A stretch of DNA of 63,394 nt, filler included, from Octopus bimaculoides (lineage: Eukaryota): NCBI RefSeq assembly GCF_001194135.2. It is 7 parts of 6 records of this genome, joined end to end, with 100 filler letters (N's around TTAATTAATTAA, not from the genome) between each part and the next. Parts side by side here need not be neighbours in the genome. Positions count along the whole stretch, not along the records: positions 59,594 to 63,394 come from NC_068982.1; 6 more parts are not named here. One strand, written 5' to 3'. The notes beneath the pieces were generated by a model that was not told where the DNA came from, made no database searches, and saw nothing but the letters and a program-made list of their open reading frames with translations. Each line of letters opens with the position of its first letter. Position 1 is the stretch's first letter. The position numbers and the translations under genes are program-made. Positions 61,815 to 63,394 of this stretch are shown here, piece after piece.

Positions 61815-62280
61815 ATAATGGGAGGCAAGGTTCACGATATCGGATGAATATCGCCTTCTACCATTTTAATTGTTCGTTGTGTTGTTTCAGGATCCAGCAG
61901 GCGAGGAAAGAAGTTTCAAGTGGAAATGCAAATTCACAACCAGTTTTATTTACATAGTTACAGAGAATAAATGAAGAGTGTCGCTCTCAGTAGACCATCT
62001 CAAGCTGTGTACGTTTTGTTGTATTTCCATTAACACGGGCCCATTACCTATGGAAATACGACCTGCAGACAGGACTAGCCTGGAGACCCAGCCAGCGAAT
62101 GTGTGTTCTGCATCATTTGGCCAATACCAGTGAAAGAACGAACCAATCTGTTTATCTACATAAGTCCAGAAGCCTCATAGAACTGGAGCTACTAACATAG
62201 CAACAGCCTGTCGTCGGCTTACCATCATCACAACTTCTACGGATCGTACAAAGGACAATAAATATACATTTACTATACAA
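61815..62280 (-). mobile_element. Probable 5' LTR of the Gypsy element
   Basis: Lies immediately 5' of the PBS, with AATAAA on - near 61945. The outer TG end is uncertain (62249 or 62279). Confidence 0.45.
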
Positions 62281-62949
62281 TCCAAGATATAAAGGAAGAT
62301 AAATAGTATTCTACTGGTGCAATATTCAACTATTAAAATTGCCAAAGTGTTAATTCTGTCCTTTATTAATATTATTTATACTTTCTATTTATTCAGTGTT
62401 TAGCTTTACAAATTCTTCAATAAATATAACCACATTGAGAGCCTAGTACTTTACACAAGTAGCATGACTTATATTTAAGAGACGGGAAAACATATAAGGC
62501 AAACTGAAATAACACGTTGCTTTAACCTAAGTGAATAACTCATACCAATAACCTTGAAATCTAGATCTTATCATCTACTTCCAAGTCAGACGATGAATTC
62601 TAGAAGTAAGAATAATGTCACAAGCAAAAATGTCTACGTCCTTTTTGTGCCCTTTCCGATAAATTTGTGACGTAAACGTGTATTATATCTTAGAATATGT
62701 GTTCAAGATCTCAATCTTGCCGCAGCCGTCACTGAATGTGGCCGTAGATTTGTAGGGGGAAGGGTGGAACAGTTGATTGAATAAACTTCAGTATATATGT
62801 GGCTCTTATTTTTCGACCTTGGTAGGATGTTTGGCAAAGCGATCCTCAGCAGGATTGGAATTAAAATGGTGGATGTTGCAAGATATTTCTTATTTTCTGT
62901 TTCTTGTACACAACTAAGTCGCTTATGAAAACTAGATAAATAGGACAGC

Positions 62950-63100
62950 AATTTTGAGAGAAGGGATTAGTCGATTACATCGATTCTAGTACTAAACTAT
63001 TTCTGTATTCTATTGACCCAGAGCGATGAAAAGTAAAGTGACCTCGGCCGGATTTGAAATCAAAACGTGACACCCTGGAATAAATACCGCAAGACATTCT
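62950..63100 (-). mobile_element. SINE group M, diverged
   Basis: ttagtcgattacatcga...gacctcggccggatttgaa. Confidence 0.7.
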
Positions 63101-63216
63101 TGTTCCACAATTTCATTTCAAAATAATCTTTAATGTAGGCACACAGCCACCCCGTCCCATCTGATGTGGGAAAAGTTCGAACTCACTGCCACATTGAGCA
63201 ATACACCTTCACAATT

Positions 63217-63247
<31 letters not shown>

Positions 63248-63259
63248 ATGAGAATGTGT

Positions 63260-63262
63260 GTG

Positions 63263-63301
<39 letters not shown>

Positions 63302-63394
63302 CTGTCTGTCTGTCTGTCTGTCTGCCTGTCTGTCTGTCTGTCTGTGTGAATCCCTAAAACTCGAGAACTACGCAACCAATTTCATTCAAATTTT
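63260..63394 (+). mobile_element. (GTCT)n followed by aactcgagaactacgcaaccaatttcattcaaatttt; possible Helentron-derived (HINE/DINE-like) element
   Basis: Recalled arrangement of a GTCT microsatellite followed by an ...accratt....aaattt block; truncated by the window end. Confidence 0.3.

Overview
AT-rich, microsatellite-saturated animal genomic DNA from a gappy draft assembly. The SINE and MITE repertoire points to an octopod cephalopod (inference from recalled repeat sequences). No long intact ORF is present; almost all listed ORFs are microsatellite or N-run artefacts. Supported content: (1) 5'-truncated RLE-type (R4/Dong-like) non-LTR retrotransposon copies sitting in (TAA)n, plus a second family ending in (CATA)n; (2) a DD37D maT transposase remnant abutting a CR1/L2-like LINE end, and a DD34D mariner remnant; (3) two LTR-retrotransposon 5' ends with tRNA primer-binding sites, one with a decayed Gypsy gag; (4) about 30 copies or fragments of three tRNA-headed SINE groups, with swapped tails, nesting and target-site duplications (TSDs); (5) piggyBac-type MITEs; (6) a decayed Penelope-type hammerhead motif; (7) a diverged 28S rRNA fragment; (8) a perfect 21-bp hairpin with pri-miRNA-like geometry; (9) tentative host exons: two on + and a chain of short, mostly phase-compatible exons on -. 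No computation or database search was run. Family names come from recalled motifs, and repeat boundaries are approximate (about +/-20 bp) unless TSDs are given.
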